Shown one piece after another: positions 47,515 through 57,768 of a stretch of DNA of 64,000 nt. The stretch's first letter is position 1. Every line of letters starts with the position of its first letter. A program made the translations under genes and the position numbers. The DNA is from an uncultured archaeon. Its GTDB lineage: Archaea; Hadarchaeota; Hadarchaeia; Hadarchaeales; Hadarchaeaceae. Under the pieces are notes generated by a model. It was not told the DNA's origin and did not search any database. It was given only the letters and a program-made list of their open reading frames with translations. Location: NCBI GenBank assembly GCA_937921735.1, contig CAKZTQ010000015.1:28271-92270 (forward strand), given 5' to 3'.

Positions 47515-48020
47515 TACACCACCTGCACGCCAAACTTTTGGCAAATGAAGTCTATTGCTTCCTCCCTTTTAACCCGATGCGATGGGGGCACCTTTCGGGC
47601 TTGACGCCGTCTATATTGAATGCGATAACCGGGCCTCTCCAGCGTAACGCAAACATCCATGCCGAATATCCCAATCTCAGGATCGTATTCAACACCCGGG
47701 ATGTCGATGTGTTCCTTGATGCCGAATGAGAAGTTTCCCTCGCCATCAAAAGAGTCCTTTCTGATGCGTCGCTCAACTGCTTCGAACAGGCGCCTCAAAA
47801 GCTCCTCCGCGGGTTTACCCCGTATGGTGACTTTACAACCTATTGGGTCACCGCGTTTAATCCCGAAGTCGCGGATGGTTTTTCTGGCCAAACATCTGGC
47901 GGGTTTTCGTCCGGTGAGCTGTTCGAGCACGCGCTCGGCCTTTGCGAGTTTGTCCCCACCCTCTCCGACGCCTATGTTCAAGGTTACCTTCTGGATCCTT
48001 ATCTCGCGCATCGGGTTCAT
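47514..48020 (-). CDS. rpl5: 50S ribosomal protein L5 (uL5)
   Basis: [19 protein letters not shown]. Confidence 0.93.
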   Translation of the reverse strand: MNPMREIRIQKVTLNIGVGEGGDKLAKAERVLEQLTGRKPARCLARKTIRDFGIKRGDPIGCKVTIRGKPAEELLRRLFEAVERRIRKDSFDGEGNFSFGIKEHIDIPGVEYDPEIGIFGMDVCVTLERPGYRIQYRRRQARKVPPSHRVKREEAIDFICQKFGVQVV

Positions 48021-48028
48021 GAAGACAC

Positions 48029-48748
48029 CTACAACGAAATGAGCGGTTTATCCTTACCTATAACAAACACGTAATCCTCCGGCGCCTGAAAAGTTGTGCC
48101 ATCGGGAGCCCGTAGGGTAACCACGTTAGGTTGTGGTCCCTCGGTTAGCTTGATGTCGACGATGTTCCCGACCATCCCAACGTTTTTGCCCCCAGTTATC
48201 AATGCGATTGAACTTTTTTCGAACGGCAGATGTTCTATTATCTCGCCCTCGGGTAGACTTAACTTCAAAACATCGCGAGGCTTGACCCTTTGGAAATCGC
48301 CCATCAAAGTTCTCCCGTCATGAAACGCGAGCTGTATCCGATTACCCTTGATGATGGTCTTCTTGATCACCCTACAAAGCTTAAAGGATGCTTCCTCCCG
48401 CGAGATCTCGCGGGGCACCAAGCGACCTTTCCCGTCGAACAATATCCTGTAGCTACGGTCGATCGTCGGCAATTGAACGACGTCCATCAAACCGACCGGA
48501 AATTTCGGGTCGCATCTAACCTTTCCGTCAACTAGCACTTGTCGATCCGCAAGGATACGCTTTGCCTCGCGAGCCGTTCTCGCCACCTCGAGGTAATCGC
48601 GCAAAAGGACCAGTAACGGCACAGAGCTATCGCTCGGATGTGGCCCAGGCGCCGGTTTTACCGTCCACACTTTGGACTTGCGCGGCAACTTCAATGCGCG
48701 CGGCGCCGCATACCTCTTAAGATGTCTGCTTGACCCTTTCTTTGCCAA
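48029..48748 (-). CDS. rps4e: 30S ribosomal protein S4e
   Basis: [21 protein letters not shown] 48748 is preceded by GGAGGT. The longer listed ORF runs through L24. Confidence 0.88.
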   Translation of the reverse strand: MAKKGSSRHLKRYAAPRALKLPRKSKVWTVKPAPGPHPSDSSVPLLVLLRDYLEVARTAREAKRILADRQVLVDGKVRCDPKFPVGLMDVVQLPTIDRSYRILFDGKGRLVPREISREEASFKLCRVIKKTIIKGNRIQLAFHDGRTLMGDFQRVKPRDVLKLSLPEGEIIEHLPFEKSSIALITGGKNVGMVGNIVDIKLTEGPQPNVVTLRAPDGTTFQAPEDYVFVIGKDKPLISL

Positions 48749-49103
48749 CTTTGGACCTCCTTTGTATGATTTTATCGCGTTCCTTATCCGGCTTGAGCTT
48801 GATGATGACGACCTTTGAGGGATGTATCGGCCTAGGTACCTCCGTGCCGTCCGCCTTTTTCGTGACCACCCCCGCCACGTTGATGAGGCGACGCTTGGTA
48901 TCCACCTCCAAGATATCACCCTCGAGTTTTGCGAAATCTCCCCTCATCACCCTTACCCTATCCCCCTTTCGCACGGGCAGCGAACGGAACCCGTATTTCT
49001 TTCGGAGCTCACGACTGAGGGGCGCGGAGAGGAGTTTATGCCGAACGTGCAGAGGAGCCGTGTAAAGCCTTAAGCGCTGCTTTCGGGGCTGTCGGCTCAC
49101 CAC
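48717..49103 (-). CDS. rpl24: 50S ribosomal protein L24 (uL24)
   Basis: [24 protein letters not shown] motif. Confidence 0.9.
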   Translation of the reverse strand: MVSRQPRKQRLRLYTAPLHVRHKLLSAPLSRELRKKYGFRSLPVRKGDRVRVMRGDFAKLEGDILEVDTKRRLINVAGVVTKKADGTEVPRPIHPSKVVIIKLKPDKERDKIIQRRSKVGKERVKQTS

Positions 49104-49106
49104 TTG

Positions 49107-49532
49107 CTACACCACCATGGAGGCGATTCCGGCCACGCGCGGCCAGCGCTCGGCCGCCTCCTTAGCGATCGGACCCCTTATCTCGGATCCCCGTGGCGCA
49201 CCGTCCGGCGTTATGAGAACCGCCGCGTTGTCCTCGAACTTTATCCGGATACCATCCTTGCGGCGGTACTCCTTTGTCTGTCTCACTATCACGGCCCTCA
49301 CCACTTGCTTGCGCATTTCAGGAGTGCCCTTCTTGACCGAAGCTACCACTTGGTCGCCGACCCCTGCTTTGGACATCCTCCTGCGGACGCCCTTATAATC
49401 TATCACGGAGATTATCTGCAACTCCTTCGCTCCCGTATTATCTGCGCACACCAACCTAGCACCGGTCGGCAGGGCTCTAACGGGTGTAACCGCAGTGACG
49501 CCGATCGCTTGGCCAGCTCCTTTCTTTCCCAT
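49107..49532 (-). CDS. rpl14: 50S ribosomal protein L14 (uL14)
   Basis: [17 protein letters not shown]. Confidence 0.93.
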   Translation of the reverse strand: MGKKGAGQAIGVTAVTPVRALPTGARLVCADNTGAKELQIISVIDYKGVRRRMSKAGVGDQVVASVKKGTPEMRKQVVRAVIVRQTKEYRRKDGIRIKFEDNAAVLITPDGAPRGSEIRGPIAKEAAERWPRVAGIASMVV

Positions 49533-49538
49533 GCATCA

Positions 49539-49853
49539 TCACCCCAGCTTTTGTACCACTACAAAGGATTTTGTCTTGCTCAACCTTCTACACTCCATTA
49601 TCTTCACCTTGTCACCGACACGCGCATTTATGCATGGAGGATTGTGAGCATGAAGCTTTGAGGTACGTCGCTCGTACCTCTCATATTTCGGGACCTTGCG
49701 CACGTATTCCAACTCTACTGTGACGGTCCTCGACATCTTGTCGCTCGTGACGATTCCCTCCAATATGCGCCCGCGCACGGAAAGTGAGCCGTGAAATGGG
49801 CAGTTTTTATCCGAGCACTTTTCCTTTGGCGGCTCGATACCAAGCCCAACCAT
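49539..49853 (-). CDS. rps17: 30S ribosomal protein S17 (uS17)
   Basis: [23 protein letters not shown]. Confidence 0.9.
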   Translation of the reverse strand: MVGLGIEPPKEKCSDKNCPFHGSLSVRGRILEGIVTSDKMSRTVTVELEYVRKVPKYERYERRTSKLHAHNPPCINARVGDKVKIMECRRLSKTKSFVVVQKLG

Positions 49854-49858
49854 AGATC

Positions 49859-50131
49859 CTACCTCCGCTTCTTGACCCTCTCTTCAGGACGGGCAACGAG
49901 CTTTGCGCCCTCTATCTCCACCTCCTCGCCGCTGGGGAGGGTTATCCTGAAGATCGAGTTGGCCTTGGGCACCATCTTGGGCCTTTCCATCTGCTCGATC
50001 ACCAACATGTTGCGGGTCTCATCGATGATGGTGCCGGAGATACCTATTAAGTTAGGATCTGAGCTGTTAACGACCCTAGCCTCTAGCCCTATGAGCTCGT
50101 GGCGCAATACGTTCCTCTTGGTTATCGGCAT
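49859..50131 (-). CDS. rnp1: RNase P protein component 1 (Rpp29/Rnp1)
   Basis: [36 protein letters not shown] 50131 follows GTGAGGG. Alternative GTG at 50143. Confidence 0.75.
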   Translation of the reverse strand: MPITKRNVLRHELIGLEARVVNSSDPNLIGISGTIIDETRNMLVIEQMERPKMVPKANSIFRITLPSGEEVEIEGAKLVARPEERVKKRR

Positions 50132-50169
50132 AATATCCCTCACTATCAGATATGCTCATGCTTCCGGGT

Positions 50170-50194
50170 CTATATCGGTTTGGCTCTTTAAATA
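50170..50194 (-). promoter_or_regulatory. Candidate internal promoter (TATTTAAA / GATATAGA) upstream of rnp1
   Basis: TATA-like elements in the roughly 110-nt SUI1-Rpp29 gap. Confidence 0.25.
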
Positions 50195-50244
50195 CCGTCA
50201 GGAAAACCCTCAACCGCAACCGTGGGCCCCAAAACTAAAATTCC

Positions 50245-50544
50245 CTACTTCATGTCTATCATGTCCGGCGAGAAGCCCATCGAGATCAGGACTTCTTTGA
50301 CTTTTGCCTTGTGGTCCCCTTGTAACTCTATTTTACCTTCCTTAACCGTCCCGCCACAAGCCAGCTTGGATTTCAGCTTCTTCGTCAGTTCCTTGATGTC
50401 GAGCTGCTTTTCATCTATGCCGTCGACGATGGTTACTATTTTTCCGAACTTCTTTTTTACCGAATACACGCTTATCCTCTGTTGCTCGCGGGCGATCTCC
50501 TCGCACACGCAGAGCTCCTTGGGCAACCCGCACACTTTACACAC
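50245..50544 (-). CDS. Translation initiation factor SUI1/aIF1
   Basis: N-terminal CxxC..CxC and [19 protein letters not shown]. Confidence 0.9.
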   Translation of the reverse strand: MCKVCGLPKELCVCEEIAREQQRISVYSVKKKFGKIVTIVDGIDEKQLDIKELTKKLKSKLACGGTVKEGKIELQGDHKAKVKEVLISMGFSPDMIDMK

Positions 50545-50556
50545 TTCTGGCAGCTG

Positions 50557-50778
50557 TCATGCACCTCCTTTGGTTTGTACCTCTTTCATTATCGTCAATA
50601 TCCGCGCTATGGTGCGCCTGAGCTCGCGGATGCGTCCTGGGTTCTCTAATGACCCTCCCGCGGCCGCGGTCGCCCGCTCTCTCGCGAGCTCGGCACGGAG
50701 CTCCCGAAGCTTAGCCTTCATCTCCTCAATACTCATATCTCGGATCTCACTGGGCCTGAGAATTGCCACCTCCCTCAA
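50557..50778 (-). CDS. rpl29: 50S ribosomal protein L29 (uL29)
   Basis: [27 protein letters not shown]. Start is TTG 50778 or GTG 50769. Confidence 0.9.
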   Translation of the reverse strand: MREVAILRPSEIRDMSIEEMKAKLRELRAELARERATAAAGGSLENPGRIRELRRTIARILTIMKEVQTKGGA

Positions 50779-51454
50779 CCTCCCTTGGTCCTTCTCCGGG
50801 TTTTACGGAGGCCCCCGCCTCGGCCGACGCCTTAGGCTGGGTGGGCTCTGCCCCGACCCCTTCCATTAACTGGATCTCGTCGGGCAGGTGCACATCCGGG
50901 GGCATTATCCTGACCTTCACCCCAACGACCCCGGGCTTTAACTTGGCCACCGCATACCCGTAACTCACAAATTTCGTCGCGGGTTCCCCAGCCTTTTTGA
51001 GATAACCCTCGTAAAAACGCTCCGAGCGAGCACGTTCTCCCGATAACTTGCCTGATAGGATTATTTCTGCTCCTTTAGCGCCGGCGCGCATTATCCGACG
51101 CAACGCGGTGTGCCCGATGCGCCGGAAGTTGATGCCTCTCTCGAGCGCAAACGCTATACGCTTAGCCATTATCGGGGCACAGAGCTCAGGCGCCTTTATT
51201 TCCACTACTTCTATTTGTGGATTTTCCAGCCCATATTTTTGTGCCAATTCATCGGTTAATTGCTTTATGCTCCTACCCTTCCGCCCGATGACCATGCCAG
51301 GGCGCTCCACGTATAGGACCACGCGGGTACCCGTTGGGATGGGCTTTATCTCGACTCCTCCATATCCTGCCCTCTCGAGTTCCTTCTCCAAAAATTCCTC
51401 GAGCTCGGCCATTTTGTAGCCCCGCTTGACGAAGGTGTTTTCAATGGACATCAT
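50747..51454 (-). CDS. rps3: 30S ribosomal protein S3 (uS3)
   Basis: KH domain [14 protein letters not shown]. Confidence 0.93.
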   Translation of the reverse strand: MMSIENTFVKRGYKMAELEEFLEKELERAGYGGVEIKPIPTGTRVVLYVERPGMVIGRKGRSIKQLTDELAQKYGLENPQIEVVEIKAPELCAPIMAKRIAFALERGINFRRIGHTALRRIMRAGAKGAEIILSGKLSGERARSERFYEGYLKKAGEPATKFVSYGYAVAKLKPGVVGVKVRIMPPDVHLPDEIQLMEGVGAEPTQPKASAEAGASVKPGEGPREVEGGGNSQAQ

Positions 51455-51912
51455 GCCACCTCTTTTAGGATGATCTCCACGTTAGTAGTGGGGGTATTGA
51501 AGGGGGTTGCCCTCGCAAACGCGCGGGGTATGAAGCCAGGTATCACTATCCCCTTCTGCGCGCTAGCGTGGACTATACGAAGCTTATCCGGATCAAGGCC
51601 CTTATACTTCGCGTTTGCCTCCGCATTTTCTAGGACCTTCAATATGTAACGAGCCGCCTTAACCGGATACTGGCCTGCATCCCAACCAGACAGCCCTTTC
51701 CTATGGGCCAACTTTTTGCGATGGCGCTTGAATGGCACAGGCTTCTTCTTGGCGATTACCGCCAATAGGTACTCCTTGGCTTCCGCCAATCGTGCGCCCC
51801 TTATCGCGCGACAAACCTCCATGGCGTGTTTTGGTGAGATGCGCAACTCCTTCCCCATTGCCCTCGCGCAAGGCTCCTCCACCTTAGCTGAATAACCGAA
51901 CTTCGGCATCAC
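51451..51912 (-). CDS. rpl22: 50S ribosomal protein L22 (uL22)
   Basis: [15 protein letters not shown]. Confidence 0.93.
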   Translation of the reverse strand: MMPKFGYSAKVEEPCARAMGKELRISPKHAMEVCRAIRGARLAEAKEYLLAVIAKKKPVPFKRHRKKLAHRKGLSGWDAGQYPVKAARYILKVLENAEANAKYKGLDPDKLRIVHASAQKGIVIPGFIPRAFARATPFNTPTTNVEIILKEVA

Positions 51913-51913
51913 A

Positions 51914-52321
51914 TCACTTCAACGGAACGTACATCGAGCTCCTCGTAGCCCCTATGCCGGGTGTACCGTGTACTACCTTCTTCCTCGTCAGCGAAAATTC
52001 GCCGAGGCGGTGTCCTATCATCTCCGGTTTAATTTCAACTATCACGAATTCCTTACCGTTGTGCACACCAAATTTTAACCCCACCATCTCCGGTATTATA
52101 ATCATGTCCCTACAATGCGTGCGGATTATCGTCTCCTTGCCGGTTTTCTCCTTTTCTTCCTTTGCCTTGCGGATGCGTTCGAGCAACTTCTTCTGCCTCG
52201 TTTGTAGCCCGCGGAACAAGGACCTACGTTGACGGGATGGCAATAGCTTCGCAAAATCGTCCAAGGATAGCTTTTGCAGCTCCTCCAACGTATAACCCCT
52301 AAACGTAAATTTCTTGGGCAT
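51914..52321 (-). CDS. rps19: 30S ribosomal protein S19 (uS19)
   Basis: [30 protein letters not shown]. Confidence 0.93.
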   Translation of the reverse strand: MPKKFTFRGYTLEELQKLSLDDFAKLLPSRQRRSLFRGLQTRQKKLLERIRKAKEEKEKTGKETIIRTHCRDMIIIPEMVGLKFGVHNGKEFVIVEIKPEMIGHRLGEFSLTRKKVVHGTPGIGATRSSMYVPLK

Positions 52322-52325
52322 CCCA

Positions 52326-53036
52326 TCACCTCTTGCCGGTTCTCCTCGCGGCTATAAGGCCAACTTTTTGACCAGGAGATGCGCCGCGAGCAATCGTCTT
52401 AGGCCTACCAGCGTGCTTGCCCCTGCCCCCGCCGAAGGGATGGTCGACGACGTTCATCGCGACGCCTCGCACCCGTGGATAAGGTTTGCCCTTGGCAAGC
52501 ATGGCCCAGTGTTTCTTCCCCGCCTTGACGAACGGCTTATCTACTCGCCCTCCACCAGCGACGACCCCGATCGTTGCCCTGCACCTCGGGTCGAAGGCCC
52601 TAAGCTCGCCAGACGGAAGCTGCACGATGGCCTGCCCCACATCGTGCGCGATCAACGTGGCATAAGTACCGGAGGCCCTGACGAACTTGCCGCCATCGCC
52701 TGGCCTCGCCTCTATGTTGTGTATCTGCGTGCCCTCGGGGATCTCGGCTAGGGTCAAAGTATTGCCGGGCTGAATGGGGGCTGAGATACCGCATACGATT
52801 TGATCGCCTATTTTTATTCCGTCCGGCGCGAGCACGAGCCGCTCCTCCCCGTTGGGATATCTAACCCTCGCGACCGGAGCACTTCGCCCTGGATCGTGTA
52901 GGATATCAACGACTACCGCCATAGTAGTTTCTTCCGAAGTAGGAGGTAGCTTAACCTCGCCGAGCCGCCTGAATGACTTCGCTCGGTAGGTCGGCGAACC
53001 CCTGCCCCTACGCTGGACCCTTATCCGCTTACCCAT
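52326..53036 (-). CDS. rpl2: 50S ribosomal protein L2 (uL2)
   Basis: [16 protein letters not shown]. Confidence 0.95.
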   Translation of the reverse strand: MGKRIRVQRRGRGSPTYRAKSFRRLGEVKLPPTSEETTMAVVVDILHDPGRSAPVARVRYPNGEERLVLAPDGIKIGDQIVCGISAPIQPGNTLTLAEIPEGTQIHNIEARPGDGGKFVRASGTYATLIAHDVGQAIVQLPSGELRAFDPRCRATIGVVAGGGRVDKPFVKAGKKHWAMLAKGKPYPRVRGVAMNVVDHPFGGGRGKHAGRPKTIARGASPGQKVGLIAARRTGKR

Positions 53037-53300
53037 CTACAGCACCCCAAGTTTAGTTGCTATCTCATCTGCCATAAATCCTGGCGCTAGCTTTACATAT
53101 GCCCTTTTCCTCCCATCCGGAAGGACCTCCATCCTTACGTCTTCTACCTTAACCTCAAATAACATCTCGACCGCCCGCTTCACGTCCACGCGCGTCGCAT
53201 TCCGCGCGACGATGAACGTAAGCTTATTTTCGGATTCTATCAGCTTGACCGCCTTTTCGGACATTTGCGGATGGAGCAGCACCTTGTGAGGGTCCTTCAT
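53037..53300 (-). CDS. rpl23: 50S ribosomal protein L23 (uL23)
   Basis: LTFIVARNATRVDVKRAVE. ATG 53300 overlaps the L4 stop (ATGA). Confidence 0.9.
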   Translation of the reverse strand: MKDPHKVLLHPQMSEKAVKLIESENKLTFIVARNATRVDVKRAVEMLFEVKVEDVRMEVLPDGRKRAYVKLAPGFMADEIATKLGVL

Positions 53301-54079
53301 TTCCAAAGACCTCCCGCGAGCTTCTGAATCGCGGATTTCGTCCAAATCGTGAGCCTACCCAAAACCCCACCGGGGGCCAATCGCTCGGCGCTCAGGTTTT
53401 CTACCCTAACCACCTCAACTCCGGGCAGGTTACCTATCGCAAGTTTGACATCGCCGTTTTTATTCACCACTATCAGCGGACCGACCGCCTGGCGGTATCG
53501 CCTTCCTCGCATTTTGCCCCTGCCGGCCCTTATCTTTACGCTGTTGGCCGCGCGCTCCACGTCCTTCCAAGCGCCCAACTTTTGTAGCACCTCCTTTGCT
53601 TGGCCTGCCTTTTTAATTCCTTCGAACTCATCGCTGACGACCAGCGGAAGCTCTGCGATATCGTCGACGATGTGGCCGCGTGCCTTAACCAATTCCTTAC
53701 GAGCGGTGGCCGCTATCGCGGAGCGGATAGCCAAACGACGCTCCTTCTTGTTTATGCGCTCGTGTAGCACCTTTTCGACCTTTGGAGGATGGGCCCTGCG
53801 ACCGCCAACCGTGTGTGGGGCGAAGGCCCCTCGCCCAGCAGCAGGATATCTACTGCCCTTAACTCTACGGACGCGGGCGACACCATATCCCTTGCCCCAA
53901 GTCTCCGCGGACGTCCGCTTGCCGGCCATGACGTCGGCCCCCCACGGCTGGAGACGAGCGGTTTGTGCCGAGATCACCGCGCGCCTAACCACGTCAGGTC
54001 TGAGCTCCTCCTCAAAGACGGGCGGAAGCTCCAGCTCCTCGATCGGCTTTCCGTCCAAGGAATAAACGTGGACTTTCAT
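53297..54079 (-). CDS. rpl4: 50S ribosomal protein L4 (uL4)
   Basis: SAETWGKGYGVARVRRVKG. Confidence 0.93.
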   Translation of the reverse strand: MKVHVYSLDGKPIEELELPPVFEEELRPDVVRRAVISAQTARLQPWGADVMAGKRTSAETWGKGYGVARVRRVKGSRYPAAGRGAFAPHTVGGRRAHPPKVEKVLHERINKKERRLAIRSAIAATARKELVKARGHIVDDIAELPLVVSDEFEGIKKAGQAKEVLQKLGAWKDVERAANSVKIRAGRGKMRGRRYRQAVGPLIVVNKNGDVKLAIGNLPGVEVVRVENLSAERLAPGGVLGRLTIWTKSAIQKLAGGLWK

Positions 54080-54081
54080 TT

Positions 54082-55092
54082 TTACGCACCCTGTTGAGAA
54101 ATCGTGCTTATCAGCGAAATGGTTGGCGGAGAAGTCGGCGGGCCCTTAGGTAATCTGACGGGTTGCCTGAGATGAACGAGTCGCTTGGTTGGGCCTGGCA
54201 CCGACCCCGCTAGCACCACGAAATCTCCCCTAACAGGCCCATACCTCAGAAAGCCCCCCTCGGGCGTGACCTCCTTCCCATCCGTGCCCAGTTTCAGGAT
54301 ACGCTTATTGAAATCCGTGCGTTGATTGTAGCCCATTTGGCCTGGGCCTGGAACGGTCCACATCACGCGAGGCGGTTTCCAAGGCCCCAGCGCTCCCACT
54401 TGGCGACTCCCATCGTCCTGCTTGCGCGGGAGGATCTTGATCCCCCATCGCTTCACAGGACCCTGGAAGCCCTTTCCCTTGGTGATCGCTAACACGTCGA
54501 CGTATTCACCCTCCTTGAAGACATCGGAAACCCTGACCTGCTTGCCCAACAGGCCCTTCGCGTAATTCCACCGCTCCTCGACCGATGGTCCACCCACCCG
54601 GATCTCAACTATATCAGGCTTTTTCTTGGGCACGTTGCTCAGGTGTGGCTGGGTACAAGCGATCACCCTGATATCTTGGACCTTGCCATCCTGGACGAGC
54701 GCCTCCGCCTCGGCGAGGGCTTTCTGCTGATCGTATTTCTTAGGTGGATTGAGGGCGCGCGCGATTTCCTTTGGGAGCTCCCCAGCCCAGACCTCGGTCA
54801 GCGTGTTAAGGCCACCATGTGTGGAACCGTACAACCTGACCGCACAGATCATGAGGGGTGGAGCCTCTATGACAGTCGCCGGCATGCATATCTCTTGACC
54901 TGAAGTTAAACTACCCTTTCGATCGTCGATCATGAAAACCTGAGTCATCCCCGCCTTATAGCCGACGAATCCTTGCAAACGTAGGCTAGCGTCATCTGAC
55001 CATGCCCGCACGTGGGCCTTTGGTTTGGGGGCCCGCACGCGAGGCATGAACGCTAGCGAGCCCCTCTTCGGGTGATGCGGTCTCCTTCCCAT
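54082..55092 (-). CDS. rpl3: 50S ribosomal protein L3 (uL3)
   Basis: HPKRGSLAFMPR, GYKAGMTQVF and TKGKGFQGPVKRWG. Confidence 0.95.
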   Translation of the reverse strand: MGRRPHHPKRGSLAFMPRVRAPKPKAHVRAWSDDASLRLQGFVGYKAGMTQVFMIDDRKGSLTSGQEICMPATVIEAPPLMICAVRLYGSTHGGLNTLTEVWAGELPKEIARALNPPKKYDQQKALAEAEALVQDGKVQDIRVIACTQPHLSNVPKKKPDIVEIRVGGPSVEERWNYAKGLLGKQVRVSDVFKEGEYVDVLAITKGKGFQGPVKRWGIKILPRKQDDGSRQVGALGPWKPPRVMWTVPGPGQMGYNQRTDFNKRILKLGTDGKEVTPEGGFLRYGPVRGDFVVLAGSVPGPTKRLVHLRQPVRLPKGPPTSPPTISLISTISQQGA

Positions 55093-55971
55093 CTACTCCA
55101 CCCAGACCAGCGCGTTGAGCAGCGCCAGCGTGGCAACGAGTGCCTCCTCCGTTCGAACCGTCTCCGTTCCCTGCTGGGGGATCGTGTTTACCACCACGTC
55201 GAATAGCTCCTCGGCATCGACGCCTTGGCGCCTGCATATCTCGAAGAGCCCTTGGTGGGGCCCTCCAAAGGCTATCGCCACGCTCGCTGGTTTGTTATCC
55301 TTTATCCCCCGTACGGCTTCATAAATATTTTTGCCGTACTTGGAGGTACCCATAGCGTAATCCGCCCTCAGCGAACGCAGGGCTTCCGCCAACCCTTCGG
55401 CCGTGAAGACCTCGTAGCCCCAGTACTCGCCGATCTCCTCCCCCCTGACCGGCTCCACCGCAATCCGACCGCTCTCGAGGCGCTCGCCGAGTCTCACCGT
55501 CAACCTCTGGCCGACCTTTAACCTATGCCTGGTGAACCCCTTCTCCCTCAGGCCGAGCTCGAGCAGGCTGCCATCCCTATTTACTTCGACCACTACCGCC
55601 TCTCGATAATCGCCTGGCCTCGCCCTCTCATCGCGGCGCGGGTGGTGCGGCGTGCGCAGGGGAGGCAACAAACCAGCGTAGCGGAGCTCCTTCATGTGCG
55701 GGAGGAGGAGCTTCCGGAGGTACTGGGGCGTCTCCATGTACCTCAGAAGCTTCTCCACTAAGCTGGCCTCTGCCTCCTGATCCTGTACCTTTGGGTCGTC
55801 GTCGAGGAAAATGATCACCCTATCTACGCGAAAGATGGCCAAGGCGCGCCCTACTAGGCCTACTTTTAAGGTCTTCCGTTGGAGATCGGGCTCCTCCGCG
55901 GTCAGGGAAGCTGGAAGCAACACGGAAAGGGTAGGCTTTGGCATCTTTTGACTCACTTTAACCCGCATCAA
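55093..55971 (-). CDS. SPOUT-superfamily putative RNA methyltransferase (DUF171/COG2106)
   Basis: LSVLLPASL.....L..KT.KVG.VGRA.AIFRVD pattern. Sits immediately upstream of rpl3, the usual place for this family in archaea. Confidence 0.7.
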   Translation of the reverse strand: MMRVKVSQKMPKPTLSVLLPASLTAEEPDLQRKTLKVGLVGRALAIFRVDRVIIFLDDDPKVQDQEAEASLVEKLLRYMETPQYLRKLLLPHMKELRYAGLLPPLRTPHHPRRDERARPGDYREAVVVEVNRDGSLLELGLREKGFTRHRLKVGQRLTVRLGERLESGRIAVEPVRGEEIGEYWGYEVFTAEGLAEALRSLRADYAMGTSKYGKNIYEAVRGIKDNKPASVAIAFGGPHQGLFEICRRQGVDAEELFDVVVNTIPQQGTETVRTEEALVATLALLNALVWVE

Positions 55972-57428
55972 CCCTTCGCCACGCCCATGGGCTTTAGGCG
56001 AGCCACCATCCTAGCTATTCCTGCGTCGTGGCTCACCCTCACCACTCGATCGACGTCCTTGTAAGCTTGGGGCGCCTCCTCCGCGATTACCGAGACCTTT
56101 GCAGCTCGCACCACTATTCCCTTGCTCTCGAGCTCCCGCTTGACGTCCTCTCCCCAGAACTGCTTTAGGGCGGCGGTCCTACTGAGGTGGCGACCGGAGC
56201 CGTGGGCGGTGGAGGCGAAGGTCTCCCGCATCGCTTGCTCCGTGCCGACGAGCACGTAGGATGCCGTGCCCATGTCCCCAGGGATGAGCACCGGCTGACC
56301 CACGTCGCGGTAAATCGCCGGGATATCAGGATGGCCCGGTCCGAAGGCGCGCGTCGCTCCTTTGCGGTGGACCACGACTTTGCGCTTCTCGCCGTCTATT
56401 CGGTGCTCCTCTAGCTTGGCTATGTTGTGCGCCACATCGTAGATGATGTGCAGGCCGAGGGCCTCTGCATCCCTCTTGAAGACCTGCTCGAAGGACTGCC
56501 TCACCCAGTGCACGATCATCTGGCGGTTAGCCCACGCGTAGTTCGCGGCGCAGGCCATGGCGGAGAAATAAGCCTGTCCCTCCGGCGAGTTAAATGGCAC
56601 GTTGACGAGCTCCCTATCCGGGAGCTCGATCCTGTACTGCCGCACGACGCGCTCCATCGCGCGGAGGTAATCGGAGCATACCTGGTGCCCCAAGCCTCGA
56701 GAGCCCGTATGAATCATGACCATGACCTGTCCTTCTTGGTCGATGCCGAACTTCTTTGCGACCTCCGGCTCGTAGATCTTGTCCACCTGCTGCACCTCGA
56801 GGAAGTGGTTGCCCGAACCCAAGCTGCCGAGCTGCGGAAAACCGCGTTGCTTTGCGGACATGCTCACCTTGCTCGCATCGGCACCTGCCATGCAACCGCC
56901 CTCCTCGAGGCGCTCGAGGTCCTCGGGCCACCCAAAGCCGTTCTCGACGGCCCATCTCGCCCCGTGCGTTAGGACCTCGTCAAGCTGGGCGAGCGTCAGC
57001 TTGACGTGGCCGGTGCTCCCCAAGCCCGAGGGGACGTTTCGAAAGAGCGTCTCGACGAGCTGCTTGAGCTTTGGCTCGACTTCCTCCTTACTCAAACATG
57101 TGCGAAGTAATCGTACCCCACAGTTGATATCGTAGCCGACGCCCCCGGGGCTTATCACACCGGTCTCGGCGTCGGTGGCAGCCACGCCTCCGATCGGGAA
57201 TCCATAGCCCTGATGTCCGTCGGGGAGGGTTATCGAGTACTTATAGATGCCCTGCAAAAAGGAAACGTTCGCGGCCTGCTCGAGCGTCAAATCTTTGCGC
57301 ATTTCGTTAAGTAACTCTACGTCAGCGTAAATTCGAGCAGGTACGCGCATGCCATGCTTATAATCCTGGGGTATCTCCCAGCGGACTCCATCTATTTGCC
57401 TTATCTTTCCCGCCCACGGCATCCCCAC
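55968..57428 (-). CDS. rtcB: RNA 3'-phosphate/tRNA-splicing ligase RtcB
   Basis: [29 protein letters not shown] and AHGSGR motifs. Confidence 0.95.
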   Translation of the reverse strand: MGMPWAGKIRQIDGVRWEIPQDYKHGMRVPARIYADVELLNEMRKDLTLEQAANVSFLQGIYKYSITLPDGHQGYGFPIGGVAATDAETGVISPGGVGYDINCGVRLLRTCLSKEEVEPKLKQLVETLFRNVPSGLGSTGHVKLTLAQLDEVLTHGARWAVENGFGWPEDLERLEEGGCMAGADASKVSMSAKQRGFPQLGSLGSGNHFLEVQQVDKIYEPEVAKKFGIDQEGQVMVMIHTGSRGLGHQVCSDYLRAMERVVRQYRIELPDRELVNVPFNSPEGQAYFSAMACAANYAWANRQMIVHWVRQSFEQVFKRDAEALGLHIIYDVAHNIAKLEEHRIDGEKRKVVVHRKGATRAFGPGHPDIPAIYRDVGQPVLIPGDMGTASYVLVGTEQAMRETFASTAHGSGRHLSRTAALKQFWGEDVKRELESKGIVVRAAKVSVIAEEAPQAYKDVDRVVRVSHDAGIARMVARLKPMGVAKG

Positions 57429-57491
57429 ACCGACTAAACAAGAGGTCGGAGAGTTAATTTATCTTTTGGTGGGTGGCGGCCGCGGGGTCGG

Positions 57492-57698
57492 CTACTTTAG
57501 AAAACCAAGCTCCTTCAGCTGCTTCACGATGATGTAGAGAATACAAGTGTTGGTCCTCACGTTGGAATCTTTGGCAAGCTCCTCGAGGATATTTTTTATC
57601 GTGGGTGGCAAGTAGATGACAATCTTCTGATTTTTGGGCTCAACGAAAATGTCCTCGAGGGGTATGGGGGCATCTGAGGAGCTTTTCCTGAGCTTCAT
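57492..57698 (-). CDS. Small ribbon-helix-helix (CopG/Arc-like) putative DNA-binding protein
   Basis: 68 aa. A beta-strand-like KIVIYLPPTIK followed by two short helices. AT-richer than its neighbours. Lies directly upstream of rtcB. Confidence 0.45.
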   Translation of the reverse strand: MKLRKSSSDAPIPLEDIFVEPKNQKIVIYLPPTIKNILEELAKDSNVRTNTCILYIIVKQLKELGFLK

Positions 57699-57768
57699 GA
57701 TTTAAAGTTGGATGCGCCCCTTATTTAATTCCATGGATGCGATTTTGTACATGTTTTAGGAGACGTTT

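Noticed and set aside
48717-48748. 32-nt overlap between rpl24 and rps4e, considered as a possible frameshift or fusion
   Set aside because: Both proteins are full length. The overlap depends on choosing the SD-led TTG start for S4e, and there is no evidence of recoding.
53349-54065. 238-aa plus-strand ORF (similar cases at 49104-49661, 8853-9446, 12235-12798, 31192-31740 and 6488-7033)
   Set aside because: All are antisense shadows of confidently identified genes (L4, L14, GlmM, the GTPase, PUA/NAC, SerRS).
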